IMG/VR virus record: IMGVR_UViG_3300020045_007082
Location: 1-24,927 of that record
Strand: one strand, 5' to 3'
Length of the DNA: 24,927 bases
DNA from: a virus
Taxonomy: Duplodnaviria; Caudoviricetes
The notes under the pieces were generated by a model. That model did not search any database and was not told where the DNA came from. It worked only from the letters and a program-made list of their open reading frames with translations. Positions 6,846 through 15,400 of this stretch are shown here, in pieces (the first letter of the stretch is position 1; each line of letters opens with the position of its first letter). Both the position numbers and the translations under genes were made by a program.

Positions 6846-7425
6846 TTTTGAGATTCCTCTTAGACCATGTTGTTAACGCTGACTTCCAGCAGACCATTGG
6901 TGCGTTTCCCACTTTCCAACCCTTTGATTCATTCCACGCCATGAATGTCTCGGGGTCTATATCGTAGTGCTTGGTTAAACAGTAAGACCTTACTTCTTCT
7001 AGGGTTGGTTTAATGAAACGCTTTTTTCCCCTAGAGAGTGTATTTGTTATTATATTGTTATTAGAGGTAACCTCCTTACCTACCTTCTCTCCTGAGGTTA
7101 CGTAGGTAGCCTCGTTACCTACCTTTAATTCTGCTACATTTGGTATGCCTATCCAGTATCTATTGCTCGTAACTCTGTCGCCGGATTGCTTAATTATCCA
7201 GCCCTCAGTCTCAAGCAACGCAAGGTGTTTTAATACGGTTGGATGCGACATTCCGGACTCGCCTTCAATCCTTTTCAAAGAAGGGAATGCCATATCGTGG
7301 TTCATGTTCATGTAGGTGGAAAGATACAAGGCCAGATATTTGGCAGGGTAGGGGAGGTCAGTTTTCAATATCAACTTAACCCAGTTGAAGCAGGTTAAAT
7401 CTATGTTGCGCGGAGGATGATTCAT
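6787..7425 (-). CDS. Phage replication initiator (N-terminal HTH, lambda O-like architecture)
   Basis: AFPSLKRIEGESGMSHPTVLKHLALLETEGWI HTH; C-terminal PTLEEVRSYC..IDPETF...GWKVG..PM..WKSA..TW domain; internal repeats; ATG 7425 preferred over track start 7455. Confidence 0.8.
   Translation of the reverse strand: MNHPPRNIDLTCFNWVKLILKTDLPYPAKYLALYLSTYMNMNHDMAFPSLKRIEGESGMSHPTVLKHLALLETEGWIIKQSGDRVTSNRYWIGIPNVAELKVGNEATYVTSGEKVGKEVTSNNNIITNTLSRGKKRFIKPTLEEVRSYCLTKHYDIDPETFMAWNESKGWKVGNAPMVCWKSALTTWSKRNLKNGITKAPSGRGSIEEVYCD
7041..7125. repeat. Putative replication origin: iterons plus AT-rich tract inside initiator gene
   Basis: AGGTAACCTCCTTACCTACCTT (7065-7086) and AGGTAGCCTCGTTACCTACCTT (7104-7125), palindrome GAGGT-A-ACCTC, AT-rich 7041-7063. 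Confidence 0.65.
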
Positions 7426-7433
7426 GTTATGAT
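7406..7433 (+). promoter_or_regulatory. Antisense sigma70-type promoter overlapping initiator start
   Basis: TTGCGC-16-TATGAT with extended -10 TGnTATGAT (7425-7433). Confidence 0.5.
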
Positions 7434-7439
7434 TCTTCC

Positions 7440-7540
7440 AGATTGGTGATCTCAACAGTTACCATTCTGCGCTTACTCCCCTGTTCGCGTCAAGTCCTAG
7501 TCCCTCTAGGCCAGAATAGCCCACTTCGGTGGGCTTTTTT
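7440..7540 (+). ncRNA. Putative ~100-nt antisense RNA (lambda OOP-like position)
   Basis: Bounded by the promoter above and a plus-strand terminator within a minus-strand operon. Confidence 0.45.
7518..7540 (+). terminator. Rho-independent terminator
   Basis: AGCCCAC-TTCG-GTGGGCT-TTTTT. Confidence 0.85.
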
Positions 7541-7547
7541 GTATCAG

Positions 7548-7991
7548 TCATATCCACCTGATTAAGTCCTCGGAAAACATTGCCATAGGCTCGATGTCAT
7601 CGTGTAGAGGTTCCTTGCCCTTTGGGGTACCTCCTGCCATTTTGTAATGTGGAGGAATACAGAAAACCAGCCCGTCATGCAGTTTGATCCAGCCTATGCG
7701 TCCAGCGATTGAGAGAACCATCAGAAACGGTATGCCGGTCAACTTCGCGAGATCAGTGCCTTCCTTGTACTTCACAATATTCAGCCCAAGAAAACCAGGA
7801 CGGCTGTAGTTTTTAACTTCTACCCATGCTTTTATCTCGTTGCCGTCCAGCATCACAGCATCGATGCGATACTTTCTCGACTGCTCAGAACTGTAGATTG
7901 AGGCGAGCTTCCTGGGAATTGATCCGAAATGGGCGCAGAACTTGGTAAGTGTCTCGAGTTCCTTTTCCTTATCCCTGGCGGTCTCCCTCAC
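7548..7991 (-). CDS. PD-(D/E)XK-like nuclease domain protein
   Basis: YRIDAVML...AWVEVK motif; GTG at 7991 follows the upstream stop (track start 8033 overlaps the RHH gene). Confidence 0.6.
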   Translation of the reverse strand: MRETARDKEKELETLTKFCAHFGSIPRKLASIYSSEQSRKYRIDAVMLDGNEIKAWVEVKNYSRPGFLGLNIVKYKEGTDLAKLTGIPFLMVLSIAGRIGWIKLHDGLVFCIPPHYKMAGGTPKGKEPLHDDIEPMAMFSEDLIRWI

Positions 7992-7993
7992 AA

Positions 7994-8155
7994 TTACGAT
8001 CTCGGCAGCTGTTTGTGTGATCTGGCTATCCAAATCCGTAGCTGTCCTGACAAAGTAACACCGTTATACTCGGCTATTTCTTCCAGTCTTTGTCGATCCT
8101 CTGGAGTCATTCTGACCTGTATATACCGTGTTTTAACCGATTTTGGCTTTTTCAT
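7994..8155 (-). CDS. Ribbon-helix-helix (Arc/CopG-like) regulator, 53 aa, not in ORF track
   Basis: MKKPKSVKTRYIQVRMTPEDRQRLEEIAEYNGVTLSGQLRIWIARSHKQLPRS*; CAGGAG RBS; first gene of leftward operon. Confidence 0.8.
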   Translation of the reverse strand: MKKPKSVKTRYIQVRMTPEDRQRLEEIAEYNGVTLSGQLRIWIARSHKQLPRS

Positions 8156-8185
8156 GGTATCTCCTGATATGGTTGATTTGTATAC

Positions 8186-8214
8186 ATGGTATAATCAAAT
8201 GTCATAACACACAA
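8186..8214 (-). promoter_or_regulatory. Leftward sigma70-type promoter
   Basis: Minus strand TTGTGT-17-TACCAT; its -10 overlaps a plus-strand TGnTATAAT (8187-8195). Confidence 0.5.
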
Positions 8215-8226
8215 GTGATTATTGTA

Positions 8227-8255
8227 TTGACAGGTATCCGGTATGGAACTATCCT
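8227..8255 (+). promoter_or_regulatory. Rightward sigma70-type promoter
   Basis: TTGACA-17-TATCCT upstream of AGGAG RBS at 8281. Confidence 0.7.
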
Positions 8256-8292
8256 GACAACTCGTAAAGCAGCAATGGACAGGAGAATTGAA

Positions 8293-8451
8293 ATGGAAAA
8301 ACTGATCACGATAGAGAGCATTGAGGCAGCACTGGATGGCCTGCTGAACAAGGGAACCACAGGAACCCTCACCGATGAGGAGAAGCAGGATTTGACCCTG
8401 CTGATGATCATCGTTAACCGTTACCACAACAAGCAGGGGAGGCAGATATGA
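8293..8451 (+). CDS. Hypothetical protein (52 aa, MEKLITIE...)
   Basis: AGGAG RBS; first gene of rightward operon. Confidence 0.7.
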   Translation: MEKLITIESIEAALDGLLNKGTTGTLTDEEKQDLTLLMIIVNRYHNKQGRQI

Positions 8452-8627
8452 GCATCGATCAGCCATTACTGGAATCGCAGAAGCATGAGTTCCAATCATA
8501 TAGCATGGCAAAAGACTTTGCCGATGACTGGAGCGTCCCTGGAGTTTGGGCGCATATCTACCGGCAGGTAGTCGCTGGCAGCGAAAAATTCGTTGTAGAG
8601 CTTCATCCCATGAAGGAGAAAAAATAA
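8448..8627 (+). CDS. Hypothetical protein (59 aa, MSIDQPLL...), not in ORF track
   Basis: ATGA overlap upstream, TAATG overlap downstream, GGAGG RBS. Confidence 0.7.
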   Translation: MSIDQPLLESQKHEFQSYSMAKDFADDWSVPGVWAHIYRQVVAGSEKFVVELHPMKEKK

Positions 8628-8863
8628 TGTACAGCAGATCATCAGGCAGCAAAATCTGGAAGAATGCAGCAATTGAAATCAATGGTGAAGAAGTGCTGGC
8701 TACTCTGCACTACTTTCTACAGCCGCCTGAACCCGATGTGGGTTGCCCTGGCAGCGTCGAACTGGAAAGCATTATCGTTGATGGCAAAGAAGTCGTGTTC
8801 GATCTAACGGACGATGAAATTGAGCAGGTAACACAAACAATTATTGGGGTGGCTTATGAGTGA
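8627..8863 (+). CDS. Hypothetical acidic phage protein (MYSRSSGS...)
   Basis: AAGGAG RBS, TAATG coupling; PPEPDVG motif. Confidence 0.7.
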   Translation: MYSRSSGSKIWKNAAIEINGEEVLATLHYFLQPPEPDVGCPGSVELESIIVDGKEVVFDLTDDEIEQVTQTIIGVAYE

Positions 8864-9098
8864 ATTTGAGATAGTTGATCCATTGGTGCATTTGGTGATG
8901 AGCCTTGAATCGGGCGACAGAAACCGTCTTGAGGAACTGTTGACTCGCGGCGTATGGTGGACAAAGGCCCAGGTGAACCACGCCAACAACACAGGTGATG
9001 ACGCTGTAATGCGCTCCCTGAGAATCTCGGAGCATTCCATTGAGATCGGACATATGCTGATCGGTGCAGCGTATAAAAACGGGGGGTTTAAATCATGA
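8856..9098 (+). CDS. Hypothetical protein (MSEFEIVD...)
   Basis: 8-nt overlap with upstream gene, GGGGTG RBS. Confidence 0.65.
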   Translation: MSEFEIVDPLVHLVMSLESGDRNRLEELLTRGVWWTKAQVNHANNTGDDAVMRSLRISEHSIEIGHMLIGAAYKNGGFKS

Positions 9099-9175
9099 AT
9101 TGTCTGGTGTTCTTTAACTCGGCGATCTGGACGTGGAACCTTGTTCAGTTCGCTATCTTGTGGCAGATGATTTAA
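9095..9175 (+). CDS. Hydrophobic micro-protein (26 aa)
   Basis: MNCLVFFNSAIWTWNLVQFAILWQMI*; ATGA and TAATG couplings. Confidence 0.5.
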   Translation: MNCLVFFNSAIWTWNLVQFAILWQMI

Positions 9176-9252
9176 TGGAACCGGTATCCATGTTCCTTTG
9201 GGGATTTTGCGTAGGATTCTTTATATGCACCATATTTGTTAAGGGGGATTAG
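9175..9252 (+). CDS. Hydrophobic micro-protein (25 aa)
   Basis: MEPVSMFLWGFCVGFFICTIFVKGD*; stop abuts next ATG. Confidence 0.5.
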   Translation: MEPVSMFLWGFCVGFFICTIFVKGD

Positions 9253-9465
9253 ATGAGCATCGATATATTGGTTAAGTTCACAAGTTCTTTTGCTGGTGAG
9301 TCTCTTGAGATCGATGAGGCTACCGACCAGATATTTCTGAGCATGGAAGGACTATCTGAAAAGTTGGATATCACGCCGAATTCAGCGGCAGACTCTGCGG
9401 CCTATTTGTATGACCTGTCGAGCATGTTTTACGCTGCTGCCAAGCATCTGGAGAAGCAGCGATGA
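9253..9465 (+). CDS. Hypothetical protein (70 aa)
   Basis: AAGGGGG RBS, ATGA overlap with erf. Confidence 0.7.
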   Translation: MSIDILVKFTSSFAGESLEIDEATDQIFLSMEGLSEKLDITPNSAADSAAYLYDLSSMFYAAAKHLEKQR

Positions 9466-10259
9466 GTCTTAACATTTACCAGCGAATTAACTCAGTTATG
9501 AAGACTGTCGGATATGTGCAGAAAGACTCTATTGTATCCACTGGGAAAACGACCTATAAAGCTGTCACTCACGATATGGTACTGGCGGTACTCAGGACAG
9601 CAATGATAGATGCCGGAATCGTCACTAGGGTAGAGCAGAAATCTGGCGCTATTATTGTTCCAATGGACAGAGAGAAAAATATCAATCAGCACATCTACTC
9701 GGGTGAATATGCTGTTCACTTTCACAACATCGAAAAGCCGGATGATTTTATGACGGTCTCGGTGAATTCACACGCTGCTGATAATCAGGATAAAGCCCCA
9801 GGAAAGGCAATGTCATACGCTGTCAAGTATGCAATGCTCAAGACCTTTGGTTTAGAGACGGGAGAGAATGACGAGGGCCGGTTCGCCGATGTCCAGCTAT
9901 TCACCGACATCCAGAAAGAAGAGTTCGACGCATTCATTGAATCAAATAATGATCCTTTGGGCTTCCTGTGCTTTACCAAAACAATCGGTGATGATGCATT
10001 CAATGCGCTGCAGTCTACTTTTCCGGCAGGCAAAATAGTTGCCAGCAAAAAGATTGCCAATCAGTTGATTAGTGACGGGTTTGATATTCTGCATGAGACT
10101 GCAACTTTGGCTGAATCCTATGTCCATTCAAACGACACAGACGGACTGCTGCAGATCATTGAAGAGTTCCAGACACCCGTGCAGCGCAAACTGCTTGGTG
10201 GATTACTAAAGCCGGAGTGCCTGAAGGCTATTAAAGAACTAAAGGAGTTATCAGCATGA
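9462..10259 (+). CDS. erf: ERF-family single-strand annealing recombinase
   Basis: IYQRI..VM..V.YVQKD, YKAVTHD, DKAPGKAMSYAVKYAMLKTFGLETGEND.. signature. Confidence 0.85.
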   Translation: MSLNIYQRINSVMKTVGYVQKDSIVSTGKTTYKAVTHDMVLAVLRTAMIDAGIVTRVEQKSGAIIVPMDREKNINQHIYSGEYAVHFHNIEKPDDFMTVSVNSHAADNQDKAPGKAMSYAVKYAMLKTFGLETGENDEGRFADVQLFTDIQKEEFDAFIESNNDPLGFLCFTKTIGDDAFNALQSTFPAGKIVASKKIANQLISDGFDILHETATLAESYVHSNDTDGLLQIIEEFQTPVQRKLLGGLLKPECLKAIKELKELSA

Positions 10260-10558
10260 GCGACAAGATATTTGCAAAAGGGATGGTAGTCAAAGAGCGT
10301 CACCCGAAAACACCGGACTACGTTATCTGTAATCTATCTGTAAAGGTGGATGAGTTTATCCAGACGCTGCAGGAAAACCAGAGCAACGGGTGGGTAAATA
10401 TTAAGTGTCAGGTTGCAAAGTCTGGCAAGCCATATGCCGAGATTGACACCTGGCAACCGACACAAGGGGATGCAGCCAAGGCTGGATTGGCCCAAGTTAG
10501 CGCGGCTATCAGTGCGCCTGCTATGTCATTTGATGACCTTGAAGATATACCGTTTTAA
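10256..10558 (+). CDS. SSB-like protein
   Basis: Follows erf; acidic DDLEDIPF C-terminus. Confidence 0.7.
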   Translation: MSDKIFAKGMVVKERHPKTPDYVICNLSVKVDEFIQTLQENQSNGWVNIKCQVAKSGKPYAEIDTWQPTQGDAAKAGLAQVSAAISAPAMSFDDLEDIPF

Positions 10559-10599
10559 CTTTACACAGGGCAGGCAAAGAAACAGGCGAGAGGTACACA

Positions 10600-10905
10600 A
10601 TGAAAAAACTACTAATCTCTACATTGCTAGCAAGCCAGTTAGCCACGGCAAACACAGTAACTCTCGACTGGGAGCCTGTTTACACAGACGTACTGTATCG
10701 GCAGCTTATCGATGGCGAGCTGTTTGGCTATCGCGTTTATTGGGGACTTGAAAGCGGAAACTATACCGAGTCAATTGTCACTAAATCCACAACGCATCAA
10801 ATTTCAGGACTCAAGGACAGCACTATCTACTATTTCGCTGTCGCCGCAGTGAGCGCATTGCCCTACTGGAGAAGGTGGCAAAAGCCGCCATTCTGTGTGA
10901 CGTAG
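10600..10905 (+). CDS. Secreted fibronectin type III domain protein, C-terminus probably disrupted
   Basis: Signal peptide MKKLLISTLLASQLATA; VTLDW, GYRVYWG..SG.Y, ISGL...TIYYFAVAA FN3 pattern. Confidence 0.7.
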   Translation: MKKLLISTLLASQLATANTVTLDWEPVYTDVLYRQLIDGELFGYRVYWGLESGNYTESIVTKSTTHQISGLKDSTIYYFAVAAVSALPYWRRWQKPPFCVT

Positions 10906-10968
10906 TTAGCGGCGAGCTAGAGTTGACAAAATCACTCCATGCAGCGGGATATATAATAGGACAGGCGA

Positions 10969-11115
10969 ATGATTAAAATGTCGTCAACCCGCTTTTGGGT
11001 ATCGCTATGCGCGATGTGGCTTTTTGCATTAATAGATAAAAACAATTACTCGTCATATATTGCATCAACGCTGATTTTAATTGCAATTACAGATGCAGGC
11101 CCACACGATGACTAA
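10969..11115 (+). CDS. Small membrane protein (48 aa), putative
   Basis: MIKMSSTRFWVSLCAMWLFALIDKNNYSSYIASTLILIAITDAGPHDD*; 8-nt overlaps on both sides. Confidence 0.5.
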   Translation: MIKMSSTRFWVSLCAMWLFALIDKNNYSSYIASTLILIAITDAGPHDD

Positions 11116-11338
11116 CCCAATCCCCCGTGACCCCCTCGCTAATGCCACGCTGTTGGTGCCTGAGGGTGAGCGCGTGGTAAGCAATGTGCCAGAGGCTTAC
11201 AGACTAACTCGTGAACAAGGCTGGGTGGGTAATTACCCAATGCCCACATACACGTTACAAGGCTGCTTCAAAACCTACAACGCCCAGGGCATGGTTGAAT
11301 ATGAATGGCGGGATATACCAACAGTGGAGTTAAATTAG
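11108..11338 (+). CDS. Hypothetical protein (MTNPIPRD...)
   Basis: Coupled ATG at 11108; ends EWRDIPTVELN; last gene of rightward operon. Confidence 0.6.
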   Translation: MTNPIPRDPLANATLLVPEGERVVSNVPEAYRLTREQGWVGNYPMPTYTLQGCFKTYNAQGMVEYEWRDIPTVELN

Positions 11339-11770
11339 AATAATGGCTCCAATAATTAGCAGCAGGGGGATTAGTAGGTCGCTGGTAACGCGCTCAATGA
11401 ATGAACTGTACTCAGTTTTGCTCACCAGGTTATTGGCATCTTCTAGTGCCTGGTGATAGTAGGTCATGTATAACTCAGCATATTCATGATTGCCCATCTG
11501 CTTCTGAACATTAGAGGCATTAATCATAACTTCACTCAGCCGGATGAGATCGCAGAAAGCGTCTGAGTTGGTGATGGTAAAACCACCCTCAATTATCTGT
11601 CCTGAGAACCCTTTCTGGCAGACTACGACACTGAGGTGAGCGGCAGCGGATGCCTGCTTATCTGCCTCGATGGTTGTGTTCGTTTCTATATCGGCGATAC
11701 GGACATCGTCTACCTGCGCGATTACAAGCAGTGGAACCAGTAAAGTGATAAGGATTGCCTTGTATTTCAT
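11330..11770 (-). CDS. Hypothetical membrane protein (signal peptide plus C-terminal anchor)
   Basis: Hydrophobic N- and C-termini; ATGA-coupled to upstream gene. Confidence 0.7.
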   Translation of the reverse strand: MKYKAILITLLVPLLVIAQVDDVRIADIETNTTIEADKQASAAAHLSVVVCQKGFSGQIIEGGFTITNSDAFCDLIRLSEVMINASNVQKQMGNHEYAELYMTYYHQALEDANNLVSKTEYSSFIERVTSDLLIPLLLIIGAIILI

Positions 11771-12138
11771 AGCAGAAAGTCACCTGGGACAATCTCGGCG
11801 GCGACTGTACATGATGACCAGTCATCTCCAAGTTTTTGGTGCTGTATGTTTGATATAAACCGGACTCTCTGAACTGAGGTGATATCAGTAGGTGTGGCTG
11901 AAGAAACGATGGGCATATAGAAATACTGGTAACCATTATTCAATGCCCAAAGCTCCCAAATAAGTATATCGTCATTCTTCATTTTGAATGTCATGCTCAC
12001 CTCTGTAGTCGGCGAGTTATTATTAATAGTCTGACTGGCATTCGCAGTCGGTATACTTGTTCTGACGATACCGAAATCAATAGCTCCAGAATAATTTTCT
12101 GTTTGCGGCAATGGGAATGCTGAAGGATAAGTAATCAT
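11767..12138 (-). CDS. Distal tail (Dit/gpM-like) protein, paralog 2
   Basis: YPSAFPLP, VRT, VSMTFKM, W..W...NGYQYF, VRF pattern; size and tail context. Confidence 0.65.
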   Translation of the reverse strand: MITYPSAFPLPQTENYSGAIDFGIVRTSIPTANASQTINNNSPTTEVSMTFKMKNDDILIWELWALNNGYQYFYMPIVSSATPTDITSVQRVRFISNIQHQKLGDDWSSCTVAAEIVPGDFLL

Positions 12139-12485
12139 AATGGCTCGATCTGCGACTCTCCACTAACACTCACTCTGACCTTATCGAAAGTCTCATAGGA
12201 GTATTGAACTGGAGTTACAAAGCGCACGTTAGTGGGTTGTCTAATACCACCAATGGTATCAAGGTCTATGGTGAAGTATTGGTAGCCGTTCAGGAATACC
12301 CACTGCATCCACTCATCAAAAGTGTCTGTATTCATAATGAACTCAAGGGACACTGCTGCTCCCTGTGCAATCCAGGTCATCCGCTGTCGAGTCCATCCGC
12401 ATTCCATCTGCGCCCGTTCAGGATAGGCTGTCAGTTCCTGATTGAATCGCCAAGTTGGCTGCGGGTAGTCTGGTGGATATATCAT
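12135..12485 (-). CDS. Distal tail (Dit/gpM-like) protein, paralog 1
   Basis: YPPDYPQP, RAQMECGWTRQR, VSLEFIM, NGYQYF, VRF. Confidence 0.7.
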   Translation of the reverse strand: MIYPPDYPQPTWRFNQELTAYPERAQMECGWTRQRMTWIAQGAAVSLEFIMNTDTFDEWMQWVFLNGYQYFTIDLDTIGGIRQPTNVRFVTPVQYSYETFDKVRVSVSGESQIEPL

Positions 12486-15400
12486 GAATATGGCCCCGTG
12501 CTAGGTGGATGTGCGGCCCCTTTCCATATGCTTCTGTTAACCACTTGAACCTCATCAATAGGCCCACGAGAATACCGCACGTTGTTCGTTGAGAACGGGC
12601 CAGCGGCAAGATACATGTCATTCGATCCTACCCATTTTTGATATCGTTGTACTAATGGTTGTTGATCAACAACAGCACCATCAAGAAAAAGTGTAACAAG
12701 GTCTGTTTCTCGACAAACCTCCAACTCAATCTCGTAGTAATCAGGAGCGGGAGCTACTGCCAGTGGCGTAGAATATGCGACAGACCATTTTGTTGCTCCA
12801 CCTATAATGCATCGCGCTCTCAGCGTCCTTGTGTAATCAACATATAGCTGGATTATGTCGGTTAACTGCCCTGGCAGTAATTGGCCTAACATCCAAACAG
12901 TAGAATTTCTTGGGGATGTTGTTTCATAACTCAATGGCTTATAGTAGGCGCGTACAGTAAAATCTTCAACAATCATAGACGCAGATGGCACGAGCTGTGC
13001 GCCATTGGTCTGGTTATAACCCATAGCATAAGGGCCATATTTTGATGGTGTATACAAAGGAAGAACAGAATTAAATGGGTTACCCACGGCTGAAGGGTAA
13101 TCGTTGCCAACTTTACTATCCAAATGGTTGTGTACCAAAACACCTGTGAATGGGATTGGAGCTGGCTCGTTAATTGTTATTTTATCGAACACACTGACAG
13201 TGCCAGTAGTAAAATACCCATAAATATAGACATTATCGTGTGACCAATATAATTGCCTTGCATTGTAATCTACAGGAAATCTTGACAATCTGACTGAAGG
13301 TATTTTAGACCAGATACTAAAATCTGTTCCCGTGTTATAACGAAGGTGCAAACGTCCTCCAACTGTAAATGTATCCTCAGCCGACAAGACATATCCACCA
13401 AGCGTACCAGAATATGTCATACACACATTTTTAACAGGCAATCCCCAATCCACCGTAAAGGTTGGGAACGGAGACGTTCCTGAATAATCATGGGCTATGC
13501 TATCAAATGTGCTTACATTAATTGCGTGGGAGCGTAATTGGATCATGTTGCCGTTCTTGTTGTACGCATTACCTCTTATTGAAGTGAATTTATTGTCTAA
13601 AAATAATAGCCCAAGACCAGGGTCTCCAGGCAATGCACCGTCAGACCAACCAGAAATATTACAGAAGAATCCATACCAGGGGTTTTGTGGGCCAAGTAGT
13701 GTATTATCCGCATCTGCGCGTAAGAGTATTCTATTGCTTCCAGGCATCAATTCATATCCGCGCCAACCATGTATTTCATTCACAGTCCCGTCAAAAGACG
13801 GGTCTATACGAAAAGTTCGTATGTATGAAGTATCGCCTGGTGGTGATGAATGTTTGGTGACCCGTGTAGCGTTTGGAGTACCATCATAATTCGTACTTGT
13901 GGCTAGATAAATAATTTCCCCAGCAGCAGTTAAACCAAAACTCTTAACAAAATTAGTCACCATTCCGACACCAGCAGGTATTGGATATTCCGTCCACGTC
14001 GCTCCATTGTCATCGGAGTAATATAAATCAGTTTGGCCGGAATTATATTCATCTGCCCAAACTCTGCCAGTTGCATAGTCATACTGTAAAGAACGTATAT
14101 TACCGCCAGGACTGGATCCAGCACTGCTAGTGCTAAATGAAACGCCACCATTTGTACTATAAGCAAATGCACCCGCAGTACCTACTGCACTACCTCTCCT
14201 GTTAAGCACAATGATCTGACCATCTGCAGAAGCAACTATCTGTGGATGTGAATCTGGGGTGTTGGAATATGTTGTCCCAAAATACAATAATTCTGAGGCA
14301 GATGTCAGAGGACGCATATGTGGCGGCGCACCGTTATAAATAAGTTCCGAATAGGTTTGGGCCTCGATCTCGAACCTTGAACCTCCTTTCGGGGTTACAC
14401 GAGCCACAACGAAATCCATGATCATGCTTTCTTCAAGACCGTAGACGTAAGAGGTAGGTTCCCTTGCGTCCATATCGTGAAGAGTAATGCCTGGGACGGC
14501 ATCGAAAACAATGATGTTAGGGGTAGCTCCCTGCGTAACCGTGTAGGGGCCGTCCGGTCTACCCTGGCTATCCCGCAGCATGACTACCTTGTCTAGTGCC
14601 CAGTCAAGATTCTTATCAACCCTCACCTCGGTTGGACTGATCACTTCCACAATAACACCAGACTCACCCCATAGGGGCATTGGGAAGCTGACCCCTATCC
14701 TGTCGCCAAAAGCAACCAACCACCCGTCAAGCTCGGTCTCGAACCGCACCAGTTTGCGCCGGTTGGCTTTTACATTATCCAGGTAGCGAGCCATCTGTTG
14801 GGCATAGACTGAATCCGTAATGCCCCACAAGTTATAGGTGTCAGGATATTCTGGGAGAGGAGATGTCGGATAGTAGGCATACCGTGCCTCAAACGTCTCA
14901 GGGTCACTGTAAGCCGCCTCTATGCCGTCGTAGTCACCGTTGGTGTCAAAGTTGTAGGTAATACTCAGGGAGTCCTTAATGATCGTAGCGGCGTTAAACA
15001 GGGCTACACGGGTATCCTGAGACCTTTCGATCACAACATCCGTCAACCCGCCATTATTGACCACCTTTCCGGCCACAGCAGCGGCGATTCTGCCCATAGC
15101 CTCATAACCTGTTCCCCTCTGGTCAAATGCCCCATTAACAAAAGGGCCGTCTCCTATAGACCATTCTGTCTCCAACTCAGTGACATGTGGGTCAAGTTCG
15201 CTCAAAGGCCGTCCAAGACCATATTCAGTACTCATCCACACGTCTTTGACTGCGGTCATCGGGTTATTGCCCAATACAGTCAGGTCAAGTGGATCAAGTA
15301 CCCTTGTAGCCGTCACCCTGATGCGTGAGCGAGCGGCAGCGGCAAGCCCCTGTGTAGCCTTCATCCTGATCGCAAGCAGCGTCACAGGGCCATAGGTGGC

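Noticed and set aside
5073-8033. MTase plus PD-(D/E)XK nuclease as a restriction-modification system
   Set aside because: Genes are separated by replication and nin genes; orphan MTases are common in phages
10923-10957. TTGACA...TATAAT promoter
   Set aside because: Spacer is 23 nt, too long for sigma70
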